A stretch of 64,000 bases of DNA from Candidatus Bathyarchaeota archaeon (GCA_963720565.1 CAVRFW010000005.1:96001-160000); one strand, 5' to 3'; positions 49,938-60,478 are shown, counted from the first letter of the stretch. A program made the numbers and translations. The notes: a model not told the origin generated them from the sequence alone.

Positions 49938-51128
49938 TTGTTGAAATTGATAAAATCAGTGTTGGTGCTAACGCTTAGTGCGCTTCTAATTCTTTGCGTT
50001 AGCTTACCTGTTTTCTTCTTTTGTTCGAACGAGAGCGGTGTTGTTGAGGAACAATTTTTTTTCGGGGTCACGTATGGCTCAAACACTACCCAGGAAGCCA
50101 AGTTGCTGATTGACAAAGCCAAAGGTTACACAAATCTTTTCATTGTCGATTCTTGGGATATAAGCACTAACGAAACCGCCCTTAATGAGATCTGTCAGTA
50201 CGCGGTAAATTCGGGATTGAGCGTAATGGTTTATTTTGATTACGTATTCTACGAAGTTGAACAGTGGTCTTGGCTTCGAAATTGGATGGAGACAACAAGA
50301 GAGAGATGGGGTGACAAATTTTTGGGAATTTACCTTTTTGATGAGCCGGGTGGAAACCAGATTGACACAAACCAATGGCGTAGTGGAACATTGGCTAGAC
50401 AGGCTATGGAAAACGCTTCAGACTACAGCGATGCCGCAGGCAGGTTTGTCAAAGATATTCCTTCAACCATAAGCTGGAGAAATGTGAAAAGTGTGAACCT
50501 CCCCATTTTCACTTCTGACTACGCGCTCTACTGGTTTGATTACTTAGCGGGTTATGACGCAGTCTTCGTGGAACTAGGTTGGAACACAAGTTCGATTCAA
50601 CAGCTGGCTCTTTGCCGTGGGGCAGCGAACGTCCAAGGAAAGGATTGGGGTGCCATAATCACATGGACTTACAATGATCCGCCCTACTTGGCAAGTGGAC
50701 CAGAAATATATGCAGAAATGGTCACCGCTTACGATGCAGGAGCAAAGTATGTCGTTGCCTTCAATTTTCCAAAGCACCCTGAGACCAACCCTTACGGCGT
50801 ATTAGCTGAAGAACACTTTGTCGCAATGCAGCAGTTCTGGGATTACGTTCAAACCCGTCCAAGAAGAGGCAATGCAGACGCGAGTGGGCAAGTGGCTTTT
50901 GTTCTGCCGAAGGATTACGGTTGGGGCACTAGACGAACGAAGAATTTCATAGAAGATAGGATATGGGGTTTTTGGCCGGAAGACCAAACAACACTTATAG
51001 TCGGAAAAAATATGCGCATACTTTTAAACTTGTATGGACTGAAGCTAGACATAATCTATGACGATCCACAGTTTAGTTATCAAGAAATGTACAAGCAAAT
51101 CTATTATTGGAACAGCACCCTTATCTAA
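49938..51128 (+). CDS. Secreted or membrane-anchored hypothetical protein
   Basis: N-terminal hydrophobic helix; Trp/Tyr/Asp-rich body with GIYLFDEPGG and FTSDYALYWFDY. Confidence 0.8.
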   Translation: MLKLIKSVLVLTLSALLILCVSLPVFFFCSNESGVVEEQFFFGVTYGSNTTQEAKLLIDKAKGYTNLFIVDSWDISTNETALNEICQYAVNSGLSVMVYFDYVFYEVEQWSWLRNWMETTRERWGDKFLGIYLFDEPGGNQIDTNQWRSGTLARQAMENASDYSDAAGRFVKDIPSTISWRNVKSVNLPIFTSDYALYWFDYLAGYDAVFVELGWNTSSIQQLALCRGAANVQGKDWGAIITWTYNDPPYLASGPEIYAEMVTAYDAGAKYVVAFNFPKHPETNPYGVLAEEHFVAMQQFWDYVQTRPRRGNADASGQVAFVLPKDYGWGTRRTKNFIEDRIWGFWPEDQTTLIVGKNMRILLNLYGLKLDIIYDDPQFSYQEMYKQIYYWNSTLI

Positions 51129-51885
51129 GGGTGAAGCAATCGGTCGATTTCTCTATTCTTTGCCTTAATTTCGCTCTTTGAACATCCATATAAAGGAAAT
51201 TTCCGACGCGGTTCGGGTAGCCACCAAAGTCTAGCTCTTCCTTTCTTCTGATTACCTTTTCAATTTCAATTGTCTCTTTAAACAGCGGGGCATCCAACAC
51301 GGTCGTATGGTATTCTCCGGGTTCGCCTGTGGCGTCTATTCCTTTCTTCCATGGACCAATCAGGGGTTTCATATCTTCGACGCATTTTCTATCGAACTCG
51401 CGACCAAACCATTCCTCTCCGAGATAATTCAGGTCTACGCAACTTATGATGGGCTTCATCCCCACCGAGAGTTCTATATCCAAGATCCTTTTTCGATAGC
51501 GGTTGCCTGGGAGGAGGGAGAAGAAGGGTCTGTCCCACAGAGGCATTATCAACTTCATTCCTAACTTTTTGCACGCGTAGTCCCACGTGCGCTTATGATG
51601 AACGTTATCGATATCGCCTGTTACTATTCCTTCGATTTCCTCTTCTTTCTTCAAACGGGCAAGCTCGCCAACGATGCCCTCGAATCGATCTCCTTCGACT
51701 TTAACTTTGAGGTGGGGCAATCCCAAGGCCTTAGCCTGCAGCTCAGCTACGGGTATGCTATGGAAAATATAGGGTTCCATGTAAACATAGGTAACTAGGT
51801 AAACAACCTCGTGGCCTTGTTCGACTATCTTATGAAGTGCTGTGCAACAATCCTTTCCGCCGCTCCAGTGAACAATAACTCTCAT
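51121..51885 (-). CDS. Diphthine-ammonia ligase family (PP-loop ATPase)
   Basis: WSGGKDC, VTGDI, PLW, GEPGEYHTTVLDAPLF. Confidence 0.85.
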   Translation of the reverse strand: MRVIVHWSGGKDCCTALHKIVEQGHEVVYLVTYVYMEPYIFHSIPVAELQAKALGLPHLKVKVEGDRFEGIVGELARLKKEEEIEGIVTGDIDNVHHKRTWDYACKKLGMKLIMPLWDRPFFSLLPGNRYRKRILDIELSVGMKPIISCVDLNYLGEEWFGREFDRKCVEDMKPLIGPWKKGIDATGEPGEYHTTVLDAPLFKETIEIEKVIRRKEELDFGGYPNRVGNFLYMDVQRAKLRQRIEKSTDCFTLR

Positions 51886-52134
51886 CTGAGGCCACCTATC
51901 AAACGAAATGGTTAGACAATAGTATCATTATTAACCTTTATGTCGCACAAAGAATTCTGTGATAGCTCCAATTTTAAACACTGTTTGATTTTGGCCTGAT
52001 AAAATTTTAAACAATTTTCGAAAAGTGATCAAGGGTTCGTGTTGATAGTACTTGAGTGTAGCAGGAGTTAGAATGGCGATACACTATTTTGAAGTCTCTA
52101 TGCGCCTTTATTGCCTGGGTATTCCTTTGAAGAG

Positions 52135-52470
52135 TCAGAATCCAAAAATCGATTTCCCTTTCTCTGCTCCATTTTCTTCTGAATGCTCATCCTCTTCGGA
52201 TATGTGGTGAGCGACATGAATAGCTAAGCCAGTTGCAGCTCCCGCAGACAGCCCCAGTAATAGGTGAGTAAGCCAGGCAAACTGAGATGAGTTTAGCAAT
52301 GCCAATACAATGAGGAAGTCAAAGACTATAGCGATTGTTAGATAGCCATAGCACCACATTTTGACACTTGTTCCACGCGGCTGATTAATGCCGATGCCTA
52401 CCAAAACTCCGAACATTGTCAGGAAACCTATCAACGCATAAATCCAGTCGTAAATCCCGTTTTCCTCCAT
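52135..52470 (-). CDS. Small 3-TM membrane protein
   Basis: Three hydrophobic segments and a His/acidic tail. Confidence 0.7.
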   Translation of the reverse strand: MEENGIYDWIYALIGFLTMFGVLVGIGINQPRGTSVKMWCYGYLTIAIVFDFLIVLALLNSSQFAWLTHLLLGLSAGAATGLAIHVAHHISEEDEHSEENGAEKGKSIFGF

Positions 52471-52701
52471 TACAGTTGATACCCTTTTGCCGTGCCACTT
52501 TAATAGTTTATCTTCTCACAAGCAACTTTTCTTTCCAATAGAATAATCAAAGTCCTGCTGCTAAAACCGCTAGCTTTTTTACATAATCACACTTTACTAA
52601 GCCAAAGTTGGTGGTTACTGTAACAATATTTGACGAAAAACACTGCCACAAGTGGGCTTTGCTCTTGGACCAAAGGCGAAGTAAAATCGAACGAGGCGAA
52701 G

Positions 52702-54694
52702 ATGGCAATCAGTGAGAAGAACTTCGCAGAGGGAAAGCGTCTATTCTCCGAAGTTTTTTACGGAGTTTCCTCGGGCAAGGACTCTGATCCTGGCATGGCA
52801 GGTTCGCTTCTATACCACATGGCAATGGTTACCAAAATGGAAACCGAGAATGAGCTTCTCACGAGGGAATTTCATGCAGTTTTGCCCGAAATAAACGCGC
52901 AACTCGAGCTATTCACCGATGCTTTCTTTTCTGATATGAAAGAAACATCAAAAACAATTCTCAAAGCGAAGATTAATTGGCACGAGGTTGTTGCCAGAGA
53001 GAGTCTAAGTTCCGACAAGAAAATCCAATTGTATGCTTCTTTGAACAAAAACACCAAAGCGCTTGAAAGCATGTTGAGCAACAGAAATTCTGATGCAACT
53101 GAGCATCTTGAGAAAGTTTTCGGCAATTGGGCGCAAAACATAATTGAAATGCGTTTGCGTCAAGAATATGAAACAATAAAGGGCCTGCTTCTCACGGCTG
53201 GGCTGGTCAAACGCTTGGGCTTATCACGGGTTCAGGATTTCATGAACAGAGTGCAAGATAAGTTTGGCGAGGAAACCGTTCGAATTGCACTCGACGTTAC
53301 ACTAAAGGCTGGTATGCGAAGAGAAAAACTGCAGTCAATTATGCTTAGTGATCATTTCATAAACTATACTATGGACATGGAAAAACTAGACGGGCATATG
53401 GAGTTTCTAAACTGCCCGATTTTTGGCAGTCACAAGTACGTTGGTGAGACTTCGGGAATAGGTGAAGAGGTGGCTGCTCTTTTTTGTACTCACTTCTGTT
53501 ATGCACACGCCAAGGCAATGCTGAGCTCTGTGCTTCCTTTCACGTTTACGCTTTGGCAACCTAAACGCATTGCGACTCATGGACTCTGCGAGTTCTACCT
53601 CAAACTCGCATATTCCCCTACCGCAGAACCGGCACCGTTTGTTCCACTTATTTTGTCTTGGAATGTGACTCGAAAGTGCAATCTAAAATGCGCGCATTGC
53701 TACATAAACGCTACCGCAGAAGAACTCCAGAATGAACTCAGCACTGAAGAAGCCAAGATCCTCATGGATCAAATTTCTGCAGTCAGCAGACCACTGCTGA
53801 TATTAAGCGGCGGAGAACCTCTTTTGCGCAACGACATCTTGGAACTTATCCGCTACGGAACTGCAAAAGGCTTCAAGATGGGTCTGGGAAGCAACGGCAG
53901 CCTAATCGATTGCAAGACTGCAAAAGATCTCAAGGAAGCAGGCATCACAACCGTTTCAATCAGTTTGGATTCAAGCATTCCAGAGGTACATGACGATTTC
54001 AGGGGGGTAAAAGGATCATGGGAAAAGGCTATCGGTGCCATTAGAGCATTGAGAGAAGAAAACGTGCTTGTCCAGGTGAACACCACAGTAACACAACAAA
54101 ACTACGGAGAAATCGACGAGATTATGTCTCTGGTGGAACAACTCGGCGTGGAGAATTTCCATTTGTTCTTTCTTGTGCCTACTGGTAGAGGCGTAAAAAT
54201 TGCTGACATATCGCCAGCCAAATACGAGGATATGATTAGAACCACTTTCGCGAAAGCTGCAAAACACAAACTCAACGTGCGGCCATCTTGTGCCCCCCAG
54301 TTTATGCGCATTGCAAAGGACTCGGGCTTAGACATGCGACAGTGGATTCGGGGATGCATCGCTGGTTTGTACTACTGCCGGGTTTACCCAAACGGAGACG
54401 TCACTCCTTGTCCATACCTTCCAGTCCGACTTGGGAACATACGTGAGAAGACTTTTGGCCAAATCTGGCGTACGTCTGAGGTTTTCAAAAATCTCCGAGA
54501 TTTCAGCACCCTGAAAGGCAAATGTGGAGCGTGTGAATACATCAAAAGTTTGCGGTGGTTGCCGTGCTCGAGCGTACGGTCTCTCAAGCGATTTCATTGA
54601 CTTCTGCGGTGACTTGCATGAACCTGCCGAATTGAAAGGCGATTATTTGAAAGAAGACCCTTGGTGTGTTTACCAGCCTAAAGAAAGACGTTAA
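52702..54694 (+). CDS. Radical SAM/SPASM protein (AhbC/AhbD/NirJ-like) with ~310-aa N-terminal extension; +1 frameshift at ~54545
   Basis: [30 protein letters not shown]...PCPY, GKCGAC; the shifted frame continues CGGCRARAY...EDPWC. Confidence 0.9.
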
Positions 54695-55026
54695 AGATCG
54701 GAGCATACAACAAACCTTTCAAGGGATATCTTTGCTGGGCTGCAGTGGTATTTTTCCGCAGGCTGAAACTTAATCTTCTGAATTCCACCTTGTTTCTGCT
54801 ATTTTTCCAAAAGGAGGTTTGAAAGTGGTCATAATGACACATTGTTGTTTTCAACTGAGCCCCGCAACTCTTTTGAGCAAAGTGCCACTCACGCGCGCCG
54901 GCGTCGAAGACTTAAGGATGACTAGCTTCTCCAGAACAAGTATGCGCCGTTGAGTAGCCTAGATACTTATTTACATTTCATTAACACTATAAACTTGTTT
55001 TCACTTACTTCTGCCAAAGGGTAACT

Positions 55027-55395
55027 ATGTCTCAGAATGAAGAAGAACAAAAAAACGCTTTGACTTGTCCCAACAACACTTGCGCCAAGATTTTCCTTAA
55101 ACCCCTTAAGGCCTTGAATCTTCAAGTCGCCTCTGCCGGTCCTTATGATGCCTGTCCATACTGCTTAACAGAGATAAATCGCGATGAAGTGACGACAGTC
55201 TCAGATGAACCAATGGCGGCTGAGGTTGATGAAAAAATGTCGCTTGAAAACCAAGTTCAGGTTCCTCAGCAGTCAACTGGTTGCAGTTATCATCTGGGAT
55301 ATTTGAGCGAGCGGGACTCCAAAGACCAGATTCCAGATGGCTGCATAATCTGCAAGGACATCGTTGAATGTATGCTAAGGAAAATGAAAGACTAG
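55027..55395 (+). CDS. Cys-rich hypothetical protein (two putative metal-binding modules)
   Basis: CPNNTC...CPYC and CSYHLGYL...CIICKDIVEC. Confidence 0.75.
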   Translation: MSQNEEEQKNALTCPNNTCAKIFLKPLKALNLQVASAGPYDACPYCLTEINRDEVTTVSDEPMAAEVDEKMSLENQVQVPQQSTGCSYHLGYLSERDSKDQIPDGCIICKDIVECMLRKMKD

Positions 55396-55503
55396 ATAGC
55401 TTAGTAAACTTCCATTACCTGCTAAAATATCTTATCTTGATCTGAGCAAAAAAGATTCGCAATTGCCGTAATTATTAAAAAAAATAAAAAACTTTAGAAA
55501 TAA

Positions 55504-55530
55504 TTGCCCTGATAATGGATTGCAGGGCAA
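55504..55530 (-). terminator. Hairpin followed by a T-rich run, downstream of the ahcY / membrane-protein genes
   Basis: TTGCCCTG-N11-CAGGGCAA; the minus strand then reads TTTTTATTTTTTTTT. Confidence 0.5.
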
Positions 55531-55542
55531 ATCTTTGCTATT

Positions 55543-55898
55543 TTAGGTTTTTCTCTTCTTTTCAGGCATTTTTTCGTCTTCGACCGCTGACTTCACTGCT
55601 TCTTCTGCTTCTTCCTTCTTCTCCTCTATTTCGCTCGTGATTTCTTCGATTGGTTTTGGCGGCGGTGTGGTTGCCATTGTCCAGCCAATCCATGCTCCTA
55701 TGAACATTATGGCAACAAAAGCTATGAACACCGGTATGGCGATGACCCAGAACCTGATGTTTTGCAGCGCTTCAGCAGTGATCCGGCAAGGCCGACCATG
55801 CTTAGCCAGTTTGGATAGAACAGCGTTACCAGGTAGCCTATGGCGACGACTATGCACACGATAAATATTGCTCCACCTATTGCTTGATCTTTACTCAT
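55543..55898 (-). CDS. Conserved 2-TM membrane protein, frameshift at ~55782
   Basis: MSKDQAIGGAIFIVCIVVAIGY joins WVIAIPVFIAFVAIMFIGAWIGWTMATTPPPKPIEE in another frame. Confidence 0.75.
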
Positions 55899-55975
55899 TT
55901 TAGTATCACCACTTATAAGCCATGTTTATAATCTTAATCCATTTAAAGTTTACCATGTCAGCTGACATACTCTTG

Positions 55976-57232
55976 TCACGTAGTTCCCATTTCCCACGTC
56001 GATAGATATTTCTTCTGTTCTAGGGTGAGTTCGTCGATTTTTATTCCCATGGCGTTGAGCTTGAGTTCAGCGACCGTTTCATCTATGTCTTTCGGTACGG
56101 TGTAGACTTTTGGAGGCATTTTCGCGCTTCTGGCGATGTACTCTGCGCTCAGTGCTTGGTTTGCGAATGACATGTCCATAACCTCAGAGGGGTGTCCTTC
56201 GGCTGCAGCCAGGTTTACGAGTCTTCCCTCGGCGAGAAGATAGAGCTTTCGTCCATCCTTTAATGTGTACTCTTCTAAGTTGGGCCTAATGGTTCTCTTC
56301 TTTTTTGACATTTTATCAATGTCTTTTAGACTTATTTCTACATTGAAGTGGCCGCTGTTTGCGATTATGGCGCCGTCTTTCATTTTCTCCATGTGTTCCT
56401 TGCGTATTACGTTGATGTCTCCGGTGGCTGTTACAAAAATGTCCCCTATCGGGGCAGCTTCTGCAAGGGGCATAACGCGCAGCCCGTTCATAGCTGCTTC
56501 CAAAGCTTTGGTCGGTACAACTTCTGTTACTATTACATTAGCGCCTAACCCCTGAGCGCGCATTGCAATACCTCTTGAGCACCATCCATACCCGCAGACA
56601 ACGAAGTTTTTGCCTGCTAGGAGGACGCTTGTAGCTCTGAGAATACCATCGATAGTGCTCTGGCCGGTCCCGTAGCGGTTGTCAAACAGATACTTCGTGT
56701 ACGCATCGTTCACAGCTAGTATGGGGTACTTTAGGCTTCCAGCCTTTTCCATCGCCCGTAAGCGCACCACGCCTGTGGTGGTTTCTTCTGTTCCGCCTTT
56801 GACGTTCCTCAGTTCTTTTGCTCGTTTGCTGTGAAGGGTACCAACCAAGTCTGCGCCGTCATCCAGAGTTATTGCGGGTTTGTAATCCAAAACTTTGTTT
56901 ATACATTCATAATACTCTTCTGTGTTTTGTCCACGCCAAGCAAAAACATGAATTCCTTTGTCTGCAAGAGCTGCTGCTACATCATCCTGCGTTGATAGCG
57001 GGTTCGACCCACACAAAACGACTTTAGCTCCACCAGCTGCTAGAGCATCCACTAAGACAGCTGTTTCCTTAGTAACATGAAGGCAAGCTCCCAACGTTAA
57101 ACCCTTGAGAGGCTTTTCTTTGATAAATCTGTTCTTGATTTGGTTCAGAACAGGCATGTGAGCTGCAGCCCATTCAATTTGCAAATGACCTTGAGATGCA
57201 AGAGATGGATCTTTGATTTTGCATGTTTCCAT
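55976..57232 (-). CDS. ahcY: Adenosylhomocysteinase
   Basis: [43 protein letters not shown]. Confidence 0.98.
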   Translation of the reverse strand: METCKIKDPSLASQGHLQIEWAAAHMPVLNQIKNRFIKEKPLKGLTLGACLHVTKETAVLVDALAAGGAKVVLCGSNPLSTQDDVAAALADKGIHVFAWRGQNTEEYYECINKVLDYKPAITLDDGADLVGTLHSKRAKELRNVKGGTEETTTGVVRLRAMEKAGSLKYPILAVNDAYTKYLFDNRYGTGQSTIDGILRATSVLLAGKNFVVCGYGWCSRGIAMRAQGLGANVIVTEVVPTKALEAAMNGLRVMPLAEAAPIGDIFVTATGDINVIRKEHMEKMKDGAIIANSGHFNVEISLKDIDKMSKKKRTIRPNLEEYTLKDGRKLYLLAEGRLVNLAAAEGHPSEVMDMSFANQALSAEYIARSAKMPPKVYTVPKDIDETVAELKLNAMGIKIDELTLEQKKYLSTWEMGTT

Positions 57233-57472
57233 TTTGTCAACCTTCTTTTAGAAAAAGACTGCTGTCTTACTATTTAGCTTTGCTTTACACTCGTAAACCT
57301 GTTTGCGAACTTACGAAGCCAATCCTATTTCCTCAACGGCACAGGCGAATATTCATACTGTCGAATAAGCCGATTGCGTCTGCTTCGCATCACCAGTTAA
57401 ATGGTCAATAAGAAAGCGTTTTTTCCTGCTGGAAAAGTTTAATTATACTTTTACGGAACTATCGATAGAGGT

Positions 57473-58084
57473 GTGTTGGTGCGGGAACCTTTCGCCGAGT
57501 TTGTCAAGAGCACGCTTAGATCACGGTCTTTGTTGATTACATGCGGTCTTCCAGGAACTTGGAAAACTGAGACGTCCGAAGAAATTTCAAAGATTAAGGG
57601 TTACCAAATTATACGGAGCGATATTGTTCGCTTGGAAGTTCTCAAGAACGAAGATGTTTTTGATGCGAAAGTGGCAGGCAACATGAGCAAACGTCTTTCC
57701 GTTTATGACGAACTATTTCGCCGGGCAGATGTTTTAGCCGGAAAAAGCAAGAAGGGCTTAATCTTGGATGCTACTTTCGTTACCCAAGATCTGCGAAGGC
57801 GTGCCGCGGAAATCGCAGCAAAGCACGACATGACTTTTGTTGTTCTCCAAACCAGTTGTCCTCAAGAAGTGTCCGTCGCTAGGATTCAGAGAAGGACAAA
57901 AGAGAAGTATGAGTCTAACGCTTTAACTGTCGAGGCGTATCTTGCTAACAAGAGCAAGTTTGAACCCGTTGATTTGGACGATTTGAAGCAGCGGTATCCG
58001 CAGCTGAAAATAATTCACTTCACGGTTGACACCTGCCATGATTCTCCAGAGAATTGGTTTGTAATCGGGATGGGAAAAAGGTAA
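57473..58084 (+). CDS. P-loop kinase (AAA_33 / COG0645-like)
   Basis: CGLPGTWKT, IRSDIVR, ILDATF, RIQRR. Confidence 0.8.
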   Translation: MLVREPFAEFVKSTLRSRSLLITCGLPGTWKTETSEEISKIKGYQIIRSDIVRLEVLKNEDVFDAKVAGNMSKRLSVYDELFRRADVLAGKSKKGLILDATFVTQDLRRRAAEIAAKHDMTFVVLQTSCPQEVSVARIQRRTKEKYESNALTVEAYLANKSKFEPVDLDDLKQRYPQLKIIHFTVDTCHDSPENWFVIGMGKR

Positions 58085-58100
58085 TCAGGCATAGTTCAGC

Positions 58101-58970
58101 ATGAAAACAGATTTGCATATTCATTCGAATCATTCCGATGGAGCTTTATCTGTCGAGGAAATCGTCAGAGAAGCCAAGCTTAGGAATATTGGGTTACTAT
58201 CGATTACTGACCACGACTCGATTGCCTGTCAAGAACTTGCATTCGGTTTGGCTAGGAAAGCAGGGCTCAGCTATGTTTCCGGCGTTGAATTGAATGTGAC
58301 CTTTTCGCATCCAAGATTCAACTCGGGCAAATCCGTGTCATTAGATTTTTTAGGTTACCAATTTGTTATTGATGATACTGCATTGAGAAAGAAACTTGAA
58401 AAAATGGCAGAATATCGAGAGGCAAGAGCTGCAAAAATCTTGGAAAATCTTAATGCAGCATTTGAAATGGAAGGTATTGAAAAGCTAACAAGAAACGATT
58501 TTGCAGAAATCCAGGCTTCAGTTGATGGATCAATGGGAAGACCCCACATCGCTGATTATCTGGTTAGGAAGAAGATTGTGAAGTCTAGACAGGAAGCTTT
58601 TGACAAGTACCTCGTGAAATGCGATGTTCCAAAGTATCCACTTCACCTTGGCGATGCATCGAGATTAGTGAAAGACGCGGGGGGAAGAGTAGTGCTAGCC
58701 CATCCTAATGACCCTCATGGCACCTCCCTTGCGTCTTTGTCCAAATCGCTGTTCGAACAGACAGAGATAATACAGGAGTCGATGTTACCGTACATTGATG
58801 GCGTTGAGTGTTGGCATTCAAGAAGTGACCCTGTAACAACTAGACACTATGTCAGTTTTGCAAAAGAGCACGGCTTGATTATGACGGGCGGGAGTGATTG
58901 CCATCAAAAACCCATCGTTATGGGAACAGTTAAGGTACCAGAGAGTGTGGTCAATTACTTCAAATTTTAG
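58101..58970 (+). CDS. PHP-domain phosphoesterase (TrpH/YciV-like)
   Basis: DLHIHSNHSDG, ITDHD, GVE, GRPHIA, LAHP, TGGSDCH. Confidence 0.93.
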   Translation: MKTDLHIHSNHSDGALSVEEIVREAKLRNIGLLSITDHDSIACQELAFGLARKAGLSYVSGVELNVTFSHPRFNSGKSVSLDFLGYQFVIDDTALRKKLEKMAEYREARAAKILENLNAAFEMEGIEKLTRNDFAEIQASVDGSMGRPHIADYLVRKKIVKSRQEAFDKYLVKCDVPKYPLHLGDASRLVKDAGGRVVLAHPNDPHGTSLASLSKSLFEQTEIIQESMLPYIDGVECWHSRSDPVTTRHYVSFAKEHGLIMTGGSDCHQKPIVMGTVKVPESVVNYFKF

Positions 58971-58978
58971 GATATATT

Positions 58979-59992
58979 TCAATCTAACCTTTTTGCATAA
59001 TTTGCAGCTAGCTTGAAGTAGGCACTTGCTTCTCTCTTTGCTGCACTTTTATCTCTACTACTTACATTTTTATCTTTGAGCTTGAAACTAGTTACTTTTC
59101 CTCGCACATAAGCCCTATAGCATTGGTAGAAAGGAAAAAGCTTGATTACTCCTTCATCTCCGGAGTACTCGATATATCTCTTTGCTAAAACGTCAGACAG
59201 GTCGGGTCGCTTTCTGAAGTCTAAATCCATGGCTAAAAAGGCAATGTCAGCGGCGACATCGGAGTACCTAAATCTCTCATTGAACTCAATGGCATCGAAG
59301 ATGTATATTTGATCCGCGACAAAAATGTTACCCGAATGGATATCGCCATGGCAGTCTTTGATTCTGCCGTCTAGTACTCTCTTCTCAAAAAGCCCGCCGT
59401 TCTGCTTAATGTACTTGCTGACTTTTTCACAGATTGCCTCATAATCGCTTGCAGATATTGTACTCCCGATGAACTCTTCTGTTTGATTAAAATTCTCTTT
59501 CCAGTTTTTCCTTATGATTCTTAATGAACCGAATTGGCGTGTTCTCTCGTTCGATTCGGCTTTCTTATGAAATTCTGCAATGATTTTAGCTATTTTGTCA
59601 ATTAGATTGTTATCGACTTTGTTGTCTTTGAGAAGCGTGATTAGTATTCTTTCTTGGGGTATTCTCTTCATCTTCAAAGCATACTCAACGATTTTTCCTT
59701 GGCCTCTTATCTTGATTGTTCTTAGTTTGTTAATCGGGACAACCTCTAGATACATGTCTCCGCAAAGACGTCTGTTGAGCTCCAGCTCTTTATCGCAGAA
59801 GAAACGCCTTTTTTCAAGGGTAGTAAAATCCAGAAATCCTAGGTCAACGGGTTTTTTCACCTTGTAAGCATGATTGTCGGTTAAGAATACAAAGGATATG
59901 TGCGTTTGAATTAATTCAATGTGGTCTGTATCTTCATCGTAAGCTTCAGGTTTCATTAAAGCTTCTACAATTTCCTTCTGATCCACAATCAT
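58979..59992 (-). CDS. Aminoglycoside-phosphotransferase-like kinase (COG2187-like)
   Basis: QTHISFVFL, YKVKKPV, ELELNRRL, CHGDIHSGNI, FDAIEFN, YRAYVRGKV. Confidence 0.9.
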   Translation of the reverse strand: MIVDQKEIVEALMKPEAYDEDTDHIELIQTHISFVFLTDNHAYKVKKPVDLGFLDFTTLEKRRFFCDKELELNRRLCGDMYLEVVPINKLRTIKIRGQGKIVEYALKMKRIPQERILITLLKDNKVDNNLIDKIAKIIAEFHKKAESNERTRQFGSLRIIRKNWKENFNQTEEFIGSTISASDYEAICEKVSKYIKQNGGLFEKRVLDGRIKDCHGDIHSGNIFVADQIYIFDAIEFNERFRYSDVAADIAFLAMDLDFRKRPDLSDVLAKRYIEYSGDEGVIKLFPFYQCYRAYVRGKVTSFKLKDKNVSSRDKSAAKREASAYFKLAANYAKRLD

Positions 59993-60269
59993 CGTTGAAT
60001 CTACTTCTCAAAGGTGTGATGCACCTTTTGGGTATGAACAAAAATTCAACGGGCAATATAGAGCTATCTGTGATTGAAGCGTTGGACTAACGCAACAGCT
60101 TGAGGTGTTAGGTGGACTTCAAATACTCTTGAGCATTTGAATGCTTCTCTTTACTTGTCTAAGTTGACCTCTGCTCTTCCGTAGCAATTAGGTATTTCTT
60201 CTGACATATTCCGGCAATGGAATTAAGAGCTAAATAAGGAACACACTTTAGCACTCATCGGTGACGAAG

Positions 60270-60374
60270 GTGATTATTGAGACAGTTGAGGATTTGAAGA
60301 ATGCTCTAAAGGACAGCGGGTATTCCAGCAAGGCAATAACTGAAATTTTGAAATGGTATGCCGAAAGACCGTGA
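60270..60374 (+). CDS. Putative 34-aa small protein (not in ORF track)
   Basis: GTG-started MIIETVEDLKNALKDSGYSSKAITEILKWYAERP with GGTGA upstream. Confidence 0.45.
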   Translation: MIIETVEDLKNALKDSGYSSKAITEILKWYAERP

Positions 60375-60478
60375 ATTGGTCTGTCCCAAATTAGGGCAAG
60401 CTTTCTGGACCCGCAGATTTTTCGAGTTTTGAAAGGCAAGCAATTGTGCCTTCTCTGAAACATTGCTAATTCGTGCGT

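Noticed and set aside
48210..55900. Integrated element at tRNA-Ser
   Set aside because: The genes look accessory, but I saw no integrase, transposase or duplicated tRNA 3' end.
9067..60207. Stop-codon reassignment suggested by in-frame TAA at 9073, 42231 and ~60151
   Set aside because: TAA, TAG and TGA all terminate well-conserved genes at the expected positions; isolated errors or decay explain these cases better.
60064..60207. Minus-strand mini-ORF MSEEIPNCYGRAEVNLDK*
   Set aside because: It stops after 18 codons and has no recognisable family; at best a remnant.
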